Below, one piece after another: positions 52,258 through 63,433 of a stretch of 64,000 nucleotides of DNA (position 1 is the first letter of the stretch; each line of letters begins with the position of its first letter). The position numbers and the translations under genes were made by a program. Where the stretch lies: assembly GCA_036679605.1 (NCBI GenBank), contig JAZDCZ010000289.1, positions 1 through 64,000 of the forward strand. Reading direction: 5' to 3'. The notes under the pieces were generated by a model. It did no database searches, had not been told where the DNA came from, and saw only the letters and a list, made by a program, of their open reading frames with translations. The stretch is from Gemmatimonadota bacterium (GTDB lineage: Bacteria > Gemmatimonadota > Gemmatimonadetes > Gemmatimonadales > GWC2-71-9).

Positions 52258-54076
52258 GCACCCGAACTGCACCCGCCTAGTGACCCAAGCACTTGCGGAT
52301 CGCTCCGCTTTTTCAGACCTTAGCTCTGTGCCGTCTCCAGAACGTGGGATTTTGCCGTTAAACAGAGCTGTGGGCATGTTCTGCCTGTCAGCAATCGTGG
52401 CCAGTTGCGAGCCGTCGACCTTTACCGAGGCACGGGATCAACTCGGACGTGGTGGACAGCGCATTGTAGAGTTTCTGGTTCCGGTCATAGATACCGCGTT
52501 CACGATTGATAATCTGCTCGATTCTACTCTTGTCGACACCACTGCGTCGGGCCTCCTGGCCGTCAGGATTGATCCTGAGTCGCTAACAGTGGACGTAGGC
52601 GAAAAGCTCGACTTCCAGAACATTGTTTTCGATGATTTCGTTCTCAACTTGTCAGCCGTGCAGTTGGGTGTGCCGGCAGGTACTCAAATTCCTGTAAGCG
52701 GTGCCTATTCGGCGCTGGCTTCCGATACGGTTCTCGACGCGATTGACACAGTGCTGGTCAACAGCGGGACTCTGTCTATCACGACACTCAACAAGCTACC
52801 AGTCAGTTTGTCGTACACCATAACCCTGAACGGCTTTGTCGCTCCGGGAGGTGGTTCGCTGTCGGGTGCCAGCGTTGTGCCAGCTGCACCAGGCGATGGC
52901 TCGTTTACCAGCGACGTTCTCAATTTCAATCTCGCCGGTGTGGCGATAGTGCCGGCGGTCGTCCAGGCGTTGGTTTCCGGCACGATTACCGTCGGTGGCA
53001 CGCCTATACCTGGAGGGCTGGGGGATAGCGCTCTGGTTCAAACGGGCACAATTCCGACCCTCAAGGTAGAGGCCCTGTCGGGGCCTTTGGACCCTACGCA
53101 GACTCCAGAACTCATTGTCTCGGTGGAGGAGAGTAGCGAGGTACCAAGAGGCAACGTTGCTGGGTTCAGTGATCTGGAAGATGCGATCAAGGGATCGACC
53201 TTGAACGACGCATCTATTCTCCTAATCGTTGATAACTCGTCGAATGCACCTGCGGTGCTGTCCGGTTTCAATCTTGGCGTTGTGAAACTCGACCTGTTCG
53301 GCAACGTTCCGCGCGACGGATCGGGAAATCCGGTGTTCGAGGTCGACTCACTGGGTAATCCGATTCTCGTGCCCGTGGTAGACGTGGGGCAAACTACACT
53401 GACGCTGGCACGCGCGTCGTCCAACTCCGTGACACTGGCAGCTGCGGCACTGGTAGATCGCCTGATCAAATTGGTGCTGAATGACGATCGGGCATCAGTG
53501 GTCGCGACGGGGTCAATCAGAATCGGGGATGGCGCACAGAGCCGCATCGCTCGAACGGATACAGTGAATGTGCGGTTCGATCTGACGGTGGGGCTCGACA
53601 TAACGATTCCAGATACGGGTGTCGTGTTTACCCGTAACACGATCGAGGACGGGGCCGCTTTCAACCAGACCGATGCGGATCAATTGACCGACCGCATGAT
53701 ATCTGCGATCTCCACGACCGATGCTGTGAACCGAACTCCGTTCGGAGCACAGATCGAGATCGCCTTCGTGTCTGGCGATGTGGGCGACGCGGACGTGTTT
53801 GTTGCTCCCGGAGCAATTATTCTGGCCCCGGTTGTATTGGATCCGCCCACAGTCGATGCGCAGGGCATCGTCGTGCAGCCCAGCATGAGCACACTGGTGA
53901 TCATACTTACGGCCGACGACGTCCGACAGCTGCTGGATCAGCAATTTACGGCCGGCGTGAGAGTGCGTTTGATGCGGGCGCCGGGAGGGTCAGGGCGTGG
54001 AGCGATCCGTGCTTCGGATGAAGTCGGCGTCAAAGCTAGGGTGGCCATCAAACTGCAATCCGGGTCCACTCCGTGA
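52247..54076 (+). CDS. Hypothetical beta-rich lipoprotein (true start probably near 52352-52376)
   Basis: Long ORF, lipobox-like IVASC, beta-strand-rich; GTGA overlap with the next gene. Confidence 0.7.
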   Translation: MRSKHPNCTRLVTQALADRSAFSDLSSVPSPERGILPLNRAVGMFCLSAIVASCEPSTFTEARDQLGRGGQRIVEFLVPVIDTAFTIDNLLDSTLVDTTASGLLAVRIDPESLTVDVGEKLDFQNIVFDDFVLNLSAVQLGVPAGTQIPVSGAYSALASDTVLDAIDTVLVNSGTLSITTLNKLPVSLSYTITLNGFVAPGGGSLSGASVVPAAPGDGSFTSDVLNFNLAGVAIVPAVVQALVSGTITVGGTPIPGGLGDSALVQTGTIPTLKVEALSGPLDPTQTPELIVSVEESSEVPRGNVAGFSDLEDAIKGSTLNDASILLIVDNSSNAPAVLSGFNLGVVKLDLFGNVPRDGSGNPVFEVDSLGNPILVPVVDVGQTTLTLARASSNSVTLAAAALVDRLIKLVLNDDRASVVATGSIRIGDGAQSRIARTDTVNVRFDLTVGLDITIPDTGVVFTRNTIEDGAAFNQTDADQLTDRMISAISTTDAVNRTPFGAQIEIAFVSGDVGDADVFVAPGAIILAPVVLDPPTVDAQGIVVQPSMSTLVIILTADDVRQLLDQQFTAGVRVRLMRAPGGSGRGAIRASDEVGVKARVAIKLQSGSTP

Positions 54077-55347
54077 AGATAACTGTGCTGGTAGTGATGG
54101 TCGGGGCTCTGGTACTCACGGCTGACCTTTCAGCCCAGGCGGTACCGGAGCGCTCGCAGGCATCACGAATCGATCCCGGATACCTGCGATCTCCCCACAC
54201 TCGAGTTGACCCTTTCAGGCACATCATGATTCCGCATTGGGGCCTGGTGTTTTCAGCGGGCGGTTCAGCCGAGAACAACTGGATCAACTTCAATGATGCG
54301 GGTGCCCTCAAGTTCTTGAGTGATAGGGATAGCTTGGCGCTCGGCGACGCTATTGATGTTTTGGGTTTGATACCGAAAGGGGAAGGCCTTGGCGGGAATC
54401 TTGAGGGGGAGGGCGGATTGTATTTCGGGGGGCCGTTCGGCAGACACCTCAGCATCGGTATATCGGTACAGGGCAGGGGATACGGCGGCGGAGAAGTAGA
54501 CGAAAATGCCGTGGCTCTATTTCGCGACGGGAACGCTGCGAGACAGTCTTTTTCCTTGGGCAATTCCCGCAGTGAGGCATTGGCTTCTGTTGAGGCCGGT
54601 GCTCACGCCCTGATTAGGTTTGGGCCAATCGGTTCAGTGGACGGGGTGCATGTAACACTGGGGTTTGGCGGGCGATACATAAAGCCACTGGGCTACATTC
54701 GCGGTCGTTCAGTCATTTCGAACGGCGGCACCATCCAGGTTACCACTGATACCGTTTCGGCGCGGATCGAAATCGAGACGGTTCACACACCGGAATTTGA
54801 ATTCGATCGCGGGTCCGGCGCAGCCGGCGATTTTCTTGTGCGTCTCGAGTGGCCGACATCTGGTCTTGCGCTGGAGGCGATGGTTGCGAACGTAGGTAAG
54901 GTGACAATCAATGGGCTGGAACGACGCACTCTGTCTCTCGATCTCAAGACTACGAAACTGAGTGAGGTGAACGATGTTCTGGATACTCTCGGCCTAGAAG
55001 TTCAAGACACCGTCGGTGTCGATGTCACACTGCCCACTATCGTGAGGTTCTCGGGCAGTGCGTGGGCCAACCGGATATTGCAGCTGGATGTGAGTACGAC
55101 ACTTGCTTACACGGGCAGCTTCGAGATACCACTCACGGTCGATCTCGGATCCACTTGGCGGTTTGTGCGTACAATGCCCATTCGATTGGGACTAGTCTTC
55201 GGAGGACATCAGAAGCTGGGATACACGGCAGGGTTTGGTCTGGAGACCCGGCACTTCCTCTGGCGTGTATCGGGGGGATCGCTCGGTGGACTACTTGATG
55301 ACGCCAAGGGCGTTTCAGGCCTCGTCGAATTCGGGCTTTTCTTCTAG
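54073..55347 (+). CDS. Putative outer-membrane beta-barrel protein
   Basis: Signal peptide, Gly/aromatic alternating strands, ends EFGLFF. Confidence 0.7.
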   Translation: MKITVLVVMVGALVLTADLSAQAVPERSQASRIDPGYLRSPHTRVDPFRHIMIPHWGLVFSAGGSAENNWINFNDAGALKFLSDRDSLALGDAIDVLGLIPKGEGLGGNLEGEGGLYFGGPFGRHLSIGISVQGRGYGGGEVDENAVALFRDGNAARQSFSLGNSRSEALASVEAGAHALIRFGPIGSVDGVHVTLGFGGRYIKPLGYIRGRSVISNGGTIQVTTDTVSARIEIETVHTPEFEFDRGSGAAGDFLVRLEWPTSGLALEAMVANVGKVTINGLERRTLSLDLKTTKLSEVNDVLDTLGLEVQDTVGVDVTLPTIVRFSGSAWANRILQLDVSTTLAYTGSFEIPLTVDLGSTWRFVRTMPIRLGLVFGGHQKLGYTAGFGLETRHFLWRVSGGSLGGLLDDAKGVSGLVEFGLFF

Positions 55348-55378
55348 TCCCATATCAGCATTATGTTGCGCTCCCTTT

Positions 55379-55693
55379 CTAAAAGATTCCGCTGCGAGCC
55401 AATTTCCACAGAGACACAATTCGGTCGAAACCGGTAATAAGCTGATCGGCAAGCATGGGGGACGGAGGTTGAGCCAGAGCCTCTTTCATTGTCCGTGCTA
55501 TGCGCGGGAGTTCCCTATTCTGGCTCTTGGCATTTTGCTCCAGGATCGAGTCAATGATCTGACCGAGCCGCTGTCGCTCAGCTTCGTCGTCTGGGACCTG
55601 AAACAGATATGTCGCGATCTGCTGTCCCTCGAAGCAGAGTCTGCCAAGAAGGTCGACGTTTCTGGGTCCGCTGTTTTGCAAGGTGCTCAACAT
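55379..55693 (-). CDS. Hypothetical small helical protein
   Basis: 104 aa; SD GAGGA. Confidence 0.6.
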   Translation of the reverse strand: MLSTLQNSGPRNVDLLGRLCFEGQQIATYLFQVPDDEAERQRLGQIIDSILEQNAKSQNRELPRIARTMKEALAQPPSPMLADQLITGFDRIVSLWKLARSGIF

Positions 55694-55745
55694 GATATTC
55701 CTCTGGCTGTCTTGCGCCCGTTTCTAGGGTCGTACAGCCATAGGT

Positions 55746-55761
55746 AGCAAGACGGATACCA
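55746..55761 (-). promoter_or_regulatory. Putative sigma54 (-24/-12) promoter
   Basis: Minus strand TGGTATCCGTCTTGCT = GG-N10-GC; IHF-like TAAGTTATTGAC near 55789-55800. Confidence 0.55.
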
Positions 55762-55945
55762 CCGTATCACGAGTCAATGAGAGCAACCTAAGTTATTGAC
55801 AATACAGTCGTTACAGTTCGGCATTCAGGTGCTCAAGTGGGCGGACATGTTTTTTTGCCAGAAGCACCGCATTCCGCCCAGGTTCTAGGAACGGATTGCC
55901 GTGAAGGCTTCAATCGCAGGTCAGGCGAGTGTATTCTCTTTGCCA

Positions 55946-57010
55946 ATGACTAAGAATACGACCAAGACCATGATCGCATGTGGCCTGCTGGCTGCCTGTT
56001 TGCAGGGATGTTCGGGCGAGCAGGGGCCTGGTGTGTCCCATGCACCAGAGGAGGGGGAGAAGTTTTTTGCCAACCTTACCCAACTGACTTTCGGGGGTCA
56101 GAACGCTGAAGCCTACTTCTCGCCAGACGGCACGAGCCTGATTTTTCAGAGGCAGGATGAAGACAATGCTTGTGACCAGCAGTTTGTGATGAATCTGGAC
56201 GGCACCAACGTGAGACGAGTATCGAGCGGGCAAGGTCGGACGACGTGCGGATATTTCTACGATGCCGGCGCACGCATCCTCTATTCGAGCACGTTCCATG
56301 ACAGTGGCGAATGCCCCGCTCCGCCAGATCGTAGTCGCGGGTATGTGTGGGGCCTGTTCAACTTCGATATCTACACATCGCTACCCGATGGAAGTGATCT
56401 CAGGCGGCTAACCACTACCGATGGGTACACGGCGGAGGCAACGCTTTCGCCCGACGGGAATACGATCGTTTTTACGTCGGTGATGGACGGTGACTTGGAG
56501 ATCTATACGATGAAGGTCGACGGGTCCGGTATCCGCAGACTTACGGAAACACCGGGATACGACGGCGGTCCGTTTTTTTCGCCCGACGGCAGTATGATCG
56601 TCTACCGCGGTTGGCATCCCACGGACCCTCAGGCACTCGCTGACTATCGGGAACTGCTTGCCGATGGTTTGGTGAAGCCTGCCCGGATGGAGATTTGGGT
56701 CATGCAGGCCGATGGATCGGGCCAACGCCAGGTCACCGATCTGGGAGGAGCCAACTTTGCGCCATATTTTCACCCGGACGGCCGCCGAATCATCTTTGCC
56801 TCAAACCACAAGGATCCGCGTGGCCGCGACTTTGATCTCTACCTAGTTGGTGTCGATGGAACGGGACTTACGCAGGTGACAACGCATGGGGACTTCGACG
56901 GTTTTCCCATGTTCTCGCCGGACGGTACGAAACTGGTATTTGCCTCGAATCGTAAGGGTAGAGTGGATGGCGAGACGAACATCTTCGTAGCGGATTGGGT
57001 AGAGCCGTGA
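55946..57010 (+). CDS. TolB-like PD40 repeat lipoprotein
   Basis: LQGC lipobox; QLTFGGQNAEAYFS.DG, GRTTC.YF, repeated FSPDG; TATTCT 8 nt before ATG 55946. Confidence 0.88.
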   Translation: MTKNTTKTMIACGLLAACLQGCSGEQGPGVSHAPEEGEKFFANLTQLTFGGQNAEAYFSPDGTSLIFQRQDEDNACDQQFVMNLDGTNVRRVSSGQGRTTCGYFYDAGARILYSSTFHDSGECPAPPDRSRGYVWGLFNFDIYTSLPDGSDLRRLTTTDGYTAEATLSPDGNTIVFTSVMDGDLEIYTMKVDGSGIRRLTETPGYDGGPFFSPDGSMIVYRGWHPTDPQALADYRELLADGLVKPARMEIWVMQADGSGQRQVTDLGGANFAPYFHPDGRRIIFASNHKDPRGRDFDLYLVGVDGTGLTQVTTHGDFDGFPMFSPDGTKLVFASNRKGRVDGETNIFVADWVEP

Positions 57011-57035
57011 GAAACTCCATGGGAAATATGGTGAC

Positions 57036-57743
57036 ATGACCGAACGTACTAAAGGAAAGTCTGCGGGACGGTGGATGTGGGAATGGATGAAGTCGATTGC
57101 CATAGCGTTGGTGATATGGTTTTTCCTGCGAGCGCTGTTAGTCCAGGCCTTCCGGATCCCGTCGCCGAGTATGGAAAACACCCTGCTCATTGGGGACTTC
57201 TTGTTTGTGAACAAGGCGCTTTACGGTGCTGAGATCCCAATCGTTGGGAAGCGTCTGCCGGCCATCCGCGAACCCCGACGGTCCGATGTCATTGTTTTCG
57301 ATTCGCCAGAGACGATCGGGATGAATGTTGTGAAGCGAATCGTTGGTATGCCGGGCGACACGCTCTCGATGGTAGATAATCAGATCTATGTAGATGGAGT
57401 TGCTGCGCTCGAGCCATTTGCCAAGAAGGAAGATCCGACAGCCAACCCGCAGGATCCGAGGATGCGAGATTGGCAGCTCAAGTATCTAGTCGGAAGGGAG
57501 CCAAAGGACTATCGGCCGTCACTCAAGAACTGGGGTCCACTGATCGTTCCGCCCGACTCGTTCTTTGTCATGGGAGACAACCGGGACAACTCTTATGACA
57601 GCAGGTACTGGGGATTTCTAGGGCGAAACCGCATTGATGGTCGGCCGCTATTTATCTACTACAGCTATGACAAGAACGGCGTACTGCCCCTGCCGTTTCT
57701 CACTGCGATTCGCTGGAGGAGGATTTTCTCGGTTCCGGATTGA
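57036..57743 (+). CDS. lepB: Signal peptidase I
   Basis: IPS.SME.TL.IGD, VKR.VG.PGD, MGDNRDNSYDSRYWG. Confidence 0.96.
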   Translation: MTERTKGKSAGRWMWEWMKSIAIALVIWFFLRALLVQAFRIPSPSMENTLLIGDFLFVNKALYGAEIPIVGKRLPAIREPRRSDVIVFDSPETIGMNVVKRIVGMPGDTLSMVDNQIYVDGVAALEPFAKKEDPTANPQDPRMRDWQLKYLVGREPKDYRPSLKNWGPLIVPPDSFFVMGDNRDNSYDSRYWGFLGRNRIDGRPLFIYYSYDKNGVLPLPFLTAIRWRRIFSVPD

Positions 57744-57764
57744 CGAACTGACTGGCGAGTCTAA

Positions 57765-58016
57765 CTACGTGGCCTCGCGCTCCGACGGCTGAGTGACGCT
57801 TCCGGGAATGTACATAGCCTGGCGGCCACACTTGCCGCACCGAAGCAGGATCTGACGGTGGGCGCTCCACCGGCTGGCACCTACTCGTCTTTTCGGTGTT
57901 CGTTCGATAGTTGGGTGCCCGCACGATGGACATGCTAGTGACTCGCGATCTCTGTCTGCCAAGATCAGTTCGAGCGCTTCGGATGGTCGGTATTCTTTGA
58001 TCCCGCGTCGGCCCAA
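57765..58016 (-). CDS. Small zinc-ribbon hypothetical protein
   Basis: CPSCG...CGKCG. Confidence 0.5.
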   Translation of the reverse strand: MGRRGIKEYRPSEALELILADRDRESLACPSCGHPTIERTPKRRVGASRWSAHRQILLRCGKCGRQAMYIPGSVTQPSEREAT

Positions 58017-58150
58017 GCTCCACCCCCATTGCTTTTATAGAGAGGAGGGAATCTACTCGCCGCAGTCTACTGTGGCAAATTCGGACCCTTGACGGCGAGT
58101 AGATTGGACATATCTCTCTCTAGACCACCCCTAGTTGGGAAGGTCGCGAT

Positions 58151-58426
58151 ATGGATGGCTCAATGAAGGATCAGGAGGGTTTCCTCCCTGTGGCGAAGGT
58201 CGAGGTGGACTCAGCGAGGTCGGTAGTTTCGGGTTTTGTTCTGGAGGGCAGGGGCGCAGACGGCTCCATGTACCGGCTGGACATGCATCTCGAAATGCCA
58301 TTAGACCGACGCACCCAGACCGTCTTGGGCGAGATGCTGGTGCAGTCGGTGTGGGACATTTCCAGGAAAACGCCACGACTGAGGACCAAGAGGCCCAAAC
58401 GCAACCGCAGATCGGTAGGAAAGTAA
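58151..58426 (+). CDS. Hypothetical protein
   Basis: 91-aa ORF with globular-looking composition. Confidence 0.55.
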   Translation: MDGSMKDQEGFLPVAKVEVDSARSVVSGFVLEGRGADGSMYRLDMHLEMPLDRRTQTVLGEMLVQSVWDISRKTPRLRTKRPKRNRRSVGK

Positions 58427-58564
58427 CTGGTCCCAACTCGGCTGCTCAGGTCTAACTTGTTGCAAGTAAATTAGTTGGGCGGAGTACCGTTGGATAAGGG
58501 ATGGGTTGACGTGGATATTGCGACCCGCTAGCTTGCCGCGCAATTAACCACCTAGGAGTTCTGC

Positions 58565-59023
58565 ATGGCGGCTGAGCTAGGTAGCTCGCAGCTTTCTTCC
58601 CTGTTGGAAGCCGTCCCCGGTCTGGCAAGCGTTCTACGGAGTTCGGTAGCTGACGCTATCGTGAACCTGATCCGCGCCGGGGCTGGTCTCGACAAGTTCA
58701 GAATAGAAGATGCTCAAGAGCTAGTCCAATACGCTACGCGGCGCAGCCTGATCAATGATTCCGAGGGATCTGACCTGATGGATGAGATAGCTGCCGCAGT
58801 CGGCCGGCGTCCTCGCAGGAAGTCCGAGAAGCCCCGCAAGAAGAAAACTGTCAAGAAGGCAAAAGTTGTGGCGCAGGCGTACAAGAAAAAGGCTGCGTAC
58901 CAGCAGGTAAAGCGAACTAAGTCGACGAAGAGCACGAAAAAGAAATCTGCCAAGAACGTCAGCAAAGCAACGAAGAAAACTGCCAAAAGCACTGCCAAGA
59001 AGACCGCGAAAAAGAAACGTTAG
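58565..59023 (+). CDS. Hypothetical protein with Lys-rich histone-H1-like tail
   Basis: SD AGGAG; C-terminal KKTAK/KKSAK repeats. Confidence 0.7.
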   Translation: MAAELGSSQLSSLLEAVPGLASVLRSSVADAIVNLIRAGAGLDKFRIEDAQELVQYATRRSLINDSEGSDLMDEIAAAVGRRPRRKSEKPRKKKTVKKAKVVAQAYKKKAAYQQVKRTKSTKSTKKKSAKNVSKATKKTAKSTAKKTAKKKR

Positions 59024-60723
59024 GTGCGGAACAATTGGACCAGCGACTGCAGGTGTTCGGCAGCTTGAGATAGTTCAGCACTTCTAGCAGCCATCTCTTC
59101 GGTTGATGCCTTCTGCTGGCCGATCGTCGAAGCCACATTGCCGCTTGACTCGGCACGCTCCGTGGCAGCGTCTGCCGCATCAGATAGGACTCGGCGTACC
59201 TCCTCGACTGACTCCAGGTTGCTCTGAGCGGTGTCCGAAATGTGGCGGGTCTCGTTGTCGATTTTCTGCACAGCTTCGACCATCTGGTCCAGGATCTTAA
59301 CGGAATCGCCGGCAGTTGAACCCACTCCACGCACCTTTGACCGACTCAACTCCATCGTCTTGACGATCTCGGCCACCTGATCGCGCACGCGCTTGATTGC
59401 GCCGGATACTTCCTCCGCCGCTTGGGCGCTTGAGTCGGCCAGCTGCCGAACTTCGTCGGCAACGACGGCGAAGCCTATCCCCTTCTCGCCTGCCCTAGCA
59501 GCCTCAATCGCTGCGTTCAGGGCAAGGAGATTGGTCTGAGATGAGATCTGTTTGATGAGGTCAACGAATCTATAGATTGGCTCGGAGAGTTCTTCGAGTT
59601 CCTCGATCTGGCCGCCTGTTGTCTTCACAAGAGTGCCCACTGCAGCCAATGATGAGTGCGCTGTTTCCATGTCATACCGATAGGTTCGAGCCAATTCCCG
59701 GATGTCGGTACTCAGGTCGACTAGTTGCTTGCCGCCGCGGTCAGCGTCTTCGACGAAGCTCTGGAGTCCCTTGGCCTGTGCAATGCCAGCTTTCAGATCC
59801 GATGTTTGAAGGGCGGCTACCTCCGCCATATGACCCATTGCTGTTGAAACATCGCTAGTCGCGCCGGAAACCTGCTGTCCGATGCTCGATATGTTGTCGG
59901 CCGTTTCCGCTATGCGTTCGCTTTCGTTCACGACTTCGCTAACTACGGTCCTCAGCGTTTCACCCAGCCTACCCATGGCTGTACCCAAATCTGCTAATTC
60001 GTCTGGCATGCTACCCAACACGACGGGCCGAAGGTCACCATCTCCGAATTTTTGAGCCGCGGCCGCCAGTCGTGTCAGAGGGCGCTCAACTGATCGAAGG
60101 GTGGCAAGGCCTATCGAGATTCCTACGAATATGGAAGCGACAAGAACAGTCCAAACCATGAGTTCTCTTTCGCGTGCCGTTTCTTCAAGTTCGCGCGACG
60201 AAGCGGCGGCACGCGTCTCCTGATCGCGGGAAAAATTTCTTACTAGGTCTATGAGATTGCCCGTACGCGAGCGAGCTAGCGCAGCGGTCGCGAGCGCAGC
60301 AGCACTCCGTCCGATATCCACCTGTGCGTGCGCTAGACTGTACAAGGCCTCGGCTTCAGTTTGGAGGGCTGCTATACGCCCTAGCGCGAGTCTGCCAGAG
60401 AGACTCATTTGCGGTAAGGTCATTAGGCGCTGCTGAACCCGATGACTGGCTTCCCCGGCATTCACAAAAGATCGCCCTGTCTCGGATGAACCGTTGGTAA
60501 AGTACTCTTCGGCCGCTTGCATTTCTTCGAGCAGCGTTAGGAGCAGCTCGCTGCTCTCGGTTGAAATTCGCGCTAGTGTAGTCGTTTCGCGTGTTACGGT
60601 GTTACGAACCGTACGCAACGCAGCGATACCCAAGAGGGCGACGACAACCAGACCGGTTATCAGGATGCCTTCTCCTATGGCAATGCGTGCCTGGATCGTG
60701 TTGAGAGCGAGTCGTGGTCTCAT
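59020..60723 (-). CDS. Methyl-accepting chemotaxis protein
   Basis: Two TM helices, [35 protein letters not shown]. Confidence 0.95.
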   Translation of the reverse strand: MRPRLALNTIQARIAIGEGILITGLVVVALLGIAALRTVRNTVTRETTTLARISTESSELLLTLLEEMQAAEEYFTNGSSETGRSFVNAGEASHRVQQRLMTLPQMSLSGRLALGRIAALQTEAEALYSLAHAQVDIGRSAAALATAALARSRTGNLIDLVRNFSRDQETRAAASSRELEETARERELMVWTVLVASIFVGISIGLATLRSVERPLTRLAAAAQKFGDGDLRPVVLGSMPDELADLGTAMGRLGETLRTVVSEVVNESERIAETADNISSIGQQVSGATSDVSTAMGHMAEVAALQTSDLKAGIAQAKGLQSFVEDADRGGKQLVDLSTDIRELARTYRYDMETAHSSLAAVGTLVKTTGGQIEELEELSEPIYRFVDLIKQISSQTNLLALNAAIEAARAGEKGIGFAVVADEVRQLADSSAQAAEEVSGAIKRVRDQVAEIVKTMELSRSKVRGVGSTAGDSVKILDQMVEAVQKIDNETRHISDTAQSNLESVEEVRRVLSDAADAATERAESSGNVASTIGQQKASTEEMAARSAELSQAAEHLQSLVQLFRT

Positions 60724-61853
60724 GGCACAGGGACTGTTGTGAGTTGTCCGTCGCGGACGATCCCGATCGTCACATTCTTGCCGAACGCATCTCCTTCCGA
60801 ATTGAATGCAATGCGTCCGGTAACTCCTTCGAATGGCCGAATCCGGGTCCCTACTCGAGACAAGAAATCACGTATGTCGGTTCTATTGGTACCAGCCGCT
60901 TCGATGGCGTGTGCCAGTAGCTTTACGATATCGTACGCTGCGGCAGCGCTTTCGGTGGGCATGCTCTTACCGTAGACCCTGGTGTACGAGCCTACGAATG
61001 CCCGGTTAGGTCTGCGGGGATGGGAAGGCAAGTAAGCAGTCGATATGAAGAAATTCTCGATTGAGTCTGCGAACAGCGGGCCCAACAGCTCGTCCGTACC
61101 GAACAAAACCGGATGGGTACCAACCGTGTCGAGGGCCGCGATCACATTCAGGACACCGCCACCAATTCTCGCCAAGATCAGTGCTCTGACCCCACCACGC
61201 TTCTGCATTCTCGCGAGGTAAGGCTCCAATGTTGGGAGGCTCTCCGAGTAGGGATCTTCCGCAACCACCTTTCCGCCCAGCCGTTCAAATGTGCTTCGGA
61301 ACGACGCCGCAACGCTACGGCCAGTGGGGTCATCACGAAAGATGATTCCAGCAGGTTGATTCCCGATGAGATCGTGCGCTCGCTCAGCGAGCCTGGTTCC
61401 GTGCAGCATGTCATCTGCGGCGATTCGGAATGTGTACGAGCCGAGCTTTCCAATGCCAGGAGCCGACGCGGATGGCGACACCGAGACAATCGGCTTTGAT
61501 CCACCGTTATAGATAGGGGCGGCTGCCGCCGTCGTATTGCTGCTCAGATGACCAATGACGGCTACTACACGGTCGTCATCATACAGCGAACGCGCTACTC
61601 TTGCGGCGGTGTCATCTCGACCCGAGTCGTCATGGACGACTAGCTCAACACGCTGTCCGAGCAGACCGCCAGCTTGGTTGATCTCAGAGACTGCGAGTTC
61701 GGCGCCCAGTTGCATGGACCTACCGCGTTGTTGCGAGACGGGGCCGGCCAATCCGAAGAGAATCGGTTCTTTGGATCTGTCGCATGACAGGGACACCGCC
61801 GCAAGAAAGATCGGCAGTGTTCGAATTGGAATGAAGATTCGACGCTTCGCCAT
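60720..61853 (-). CDS. Branched-chain amino acid (LivJ-type) periplasmic binding lipoprotein
   Basis: GLAGP.S, EIN..GG..G, VIGH.SS, AYD, F.GVTG.I.F...GD; ATGA overlap with the MCP. Confidence 0.88.
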   Translation of the reverse strand: MAKRRIFIPIRTLPIFLAAVSLSCDRSKEPILFGLAGPVSQQRGRSMQLGAELAVSEINQAGGLLGQRVELVVHDDSGRDDTAARVARSLYDDDRVVAVIGHLSSNTTAAAAPIYNGGSKPIVSVSPSASAPGIGKLGSYTFRIAADDMLHGTRLAERAHDLIGNQPAGIIFRDDPTGRSVAASFRSTFERLGGKVVAEDPYSESLPTLEPYLARMQKRGGVRALILARIGGGVLNVIAALDTVGTHPVLFGTDELLGPLFADSIENFFISTAYLPSHPRRPNRAFVGSYTRVYGKSMPTESAAAAYDIVKLLAHAIEAAGTNRTDIRDFLSRVGTRIRPFEGVTGRIAFNSEGDAFGKNVTIGIVRDGQLTTVPVP

Positions 61854-61933
61854 TGTCGCGCACATTAGTATCGAGTGAGTCGTGGCGCAACGGACGGCCT
61901 CGCCCAAAGGGGTCCTGGGATTAGATTGGTGGT

Positions 61934-62791
61934 ATGGGCGGACCCGTATATCGTTTCGCCGAGGCTCTTCGAACCCTGCTGGTCTCCGGTTCAGTAGAGG
62001 ACCTCGAAACCAGCTGGACAAACCTGAATATAGAAGCTGTGGGATGGCAGGCCCTGGCGCAGGCGCGCCGCCGAGACGTACGGTCTTGGGAGTGGGCCCT
62101 CCGAGAAGTAGACGGCCTATTGCTTCGGCTGCTCCACCGGGTTTCTCGTATGGCCGACGCCTCGGAGCCGGCGTGGGTACGTCTTGCGACGTTCCGAGTC
62201 CCAGCGTTGGAACGGCTCCAGCATGCCACTGCGGCTTGCTTGGCCGGCCAGCGCTTTGGCCTCGCCGGTCTTCACACGGTTAGTGAGGACCGTTCGGCCC
62301 CTCTGGCGCGGAGGTACTTCGCGTTCTTGGCACTTGCCGAGCGGCATCCGCTTGGGGACTGGCCTGTTTTTGCCAGATACCTAGCGCCAGGAGTCCATCA
62401 CGCATTTCTCGGTACTGCTGCAGAAGCGGCGCGGTTTTATCCGGAATGTGGTACGGTGGACGCCCTGGTGGAGTTGTTCCAGAAGGTCTGGTCGGATCTC
62501 CCGTTACGGGCGTTCTTGGGCCCGCGCATTCTCAAGTCCCTTCACTTCATTGCGGAGCGATCGACTCTCCCGTTTCTGAGACAGCTTCTCGTCGTGGGTC
62601 ACACCGCGAGGGATCCTGAGCATTGCGAGATTACTCGGGCTCTCGTGATCGTGAGACGGTTAACGGGTAAGGTCGAGGCCAGTAGCAAGTTCCCGGATCA
62701 CAAGCTTGACGCGGTCGCGTCAATATTGGAGGCTGCGACGAACGCTTTCGATGAGTATCGAGATGTATTCAGTCCGATCTCGGTTATCTGA
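61934..62791 (+). CDS. Hypothetical helical (HEAT-like) protein
   Basis: 285-aa ORF; TAGATT 6 nt before the ATG. Confidence 0.65.
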   Translation: MGGPVYRFAEALRTLLVSGSVEDLETSWTNLNIEAVGWQALAQARRRDVRSWEWALREVDGLLLRLLHRVSRMADASEPAWVRLATFRVPALERLQHATAACLAGQRFGLAGLHTVSEDRSAPLARRYFAFLALAERHPLGDWPVFARYLAPGVHHAFLGTAAEAARFYPECGTVDALVELFQKVWSDLPLRAFLGPRILKSLHFIAERSTLPFLRQLLVVGHTARDPEHCEITRALVIVRRLTGKVEASSKFPDHKLDAVASILEAATNAFDEYRDVFSPISVI

Positions 62792-62797
62792 TCGCGG

Positions 62798-63433
62798 CTA
62801 GTTGGACGGTGCTCGGAACACCCTTCTCAGGATCAAAGTGCCCTTCTCTTCATCCGTTTCTTCAAAAAGGAGCGAGTTCCCGCCCGGATCGTAGCGGGCA
62901 GTCCACTCCAAGGAGTCGGGTAACCAGGTAAACGTGATGATGCGAGTGAATCGGTCCCACTCACCCTCGACCCAGCTTCCTTCCGGAAACCACCTCCACC
63001 GTGCAATGCCGTTGCGAAACATCGAAAGTTCCACAGGGCGATCACTCTTCCCTAGAGGCGTGCCGAGCCAGCGTCCCCAGAGTGGCCTAGCCAACGGATC
63101 TTGCGCGGTCATCGTAATGATCTTGCCCTCGTCCGTGGTGAGCAGTAGCCGGTTGAATGCAAATCGATAGCTAACCGCAAACGATGTGTCTCCGATCGCC
63201 ACGATTGAGTCATCGGACACGACGAAATCGAGCACGTGTGAATCATTCAAGATGAGCATGGTGTCGCCGTAGAATTCCAGGTGCATCGGGCGACCCATGT
63301 GGGTTCCAACCCATCGTGTCAGGAGAGAATCTGTGTGCTGAGCCTGGATATCCTGAGCCAGGAGAGCGATTCCCAGTGCTAGGCAACAGATTCTTGGCAA
63401 GATGATGTGTTGAGACAGATAGTGGAGTGCCAA
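62798..63433 (-). CDS. Hypothetical secreted beta-rich protein
   Basis: Signal peptide; two LxxRWxGT modules. Confidence 0.6.
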   Translation of the reverse strand: MALHYLSQHIILPRICCLALGIALLAQDIQAQHTDSLLTRWVGTHMGRPMHLEFYGDTMLILNDSHVLDFVVSDDSIVAIGDTSFAVSYRFAFNRLLLTTDEGKIITMTAQDPLARPLWGRWLGTPLGKSDRPVELSMFRNGIARWRWFPEGSWVEGEWDRFTRIITFTWLPDSLEWTARYDPGGNSLLFEETDEEKGTLILRRVFRAPSN

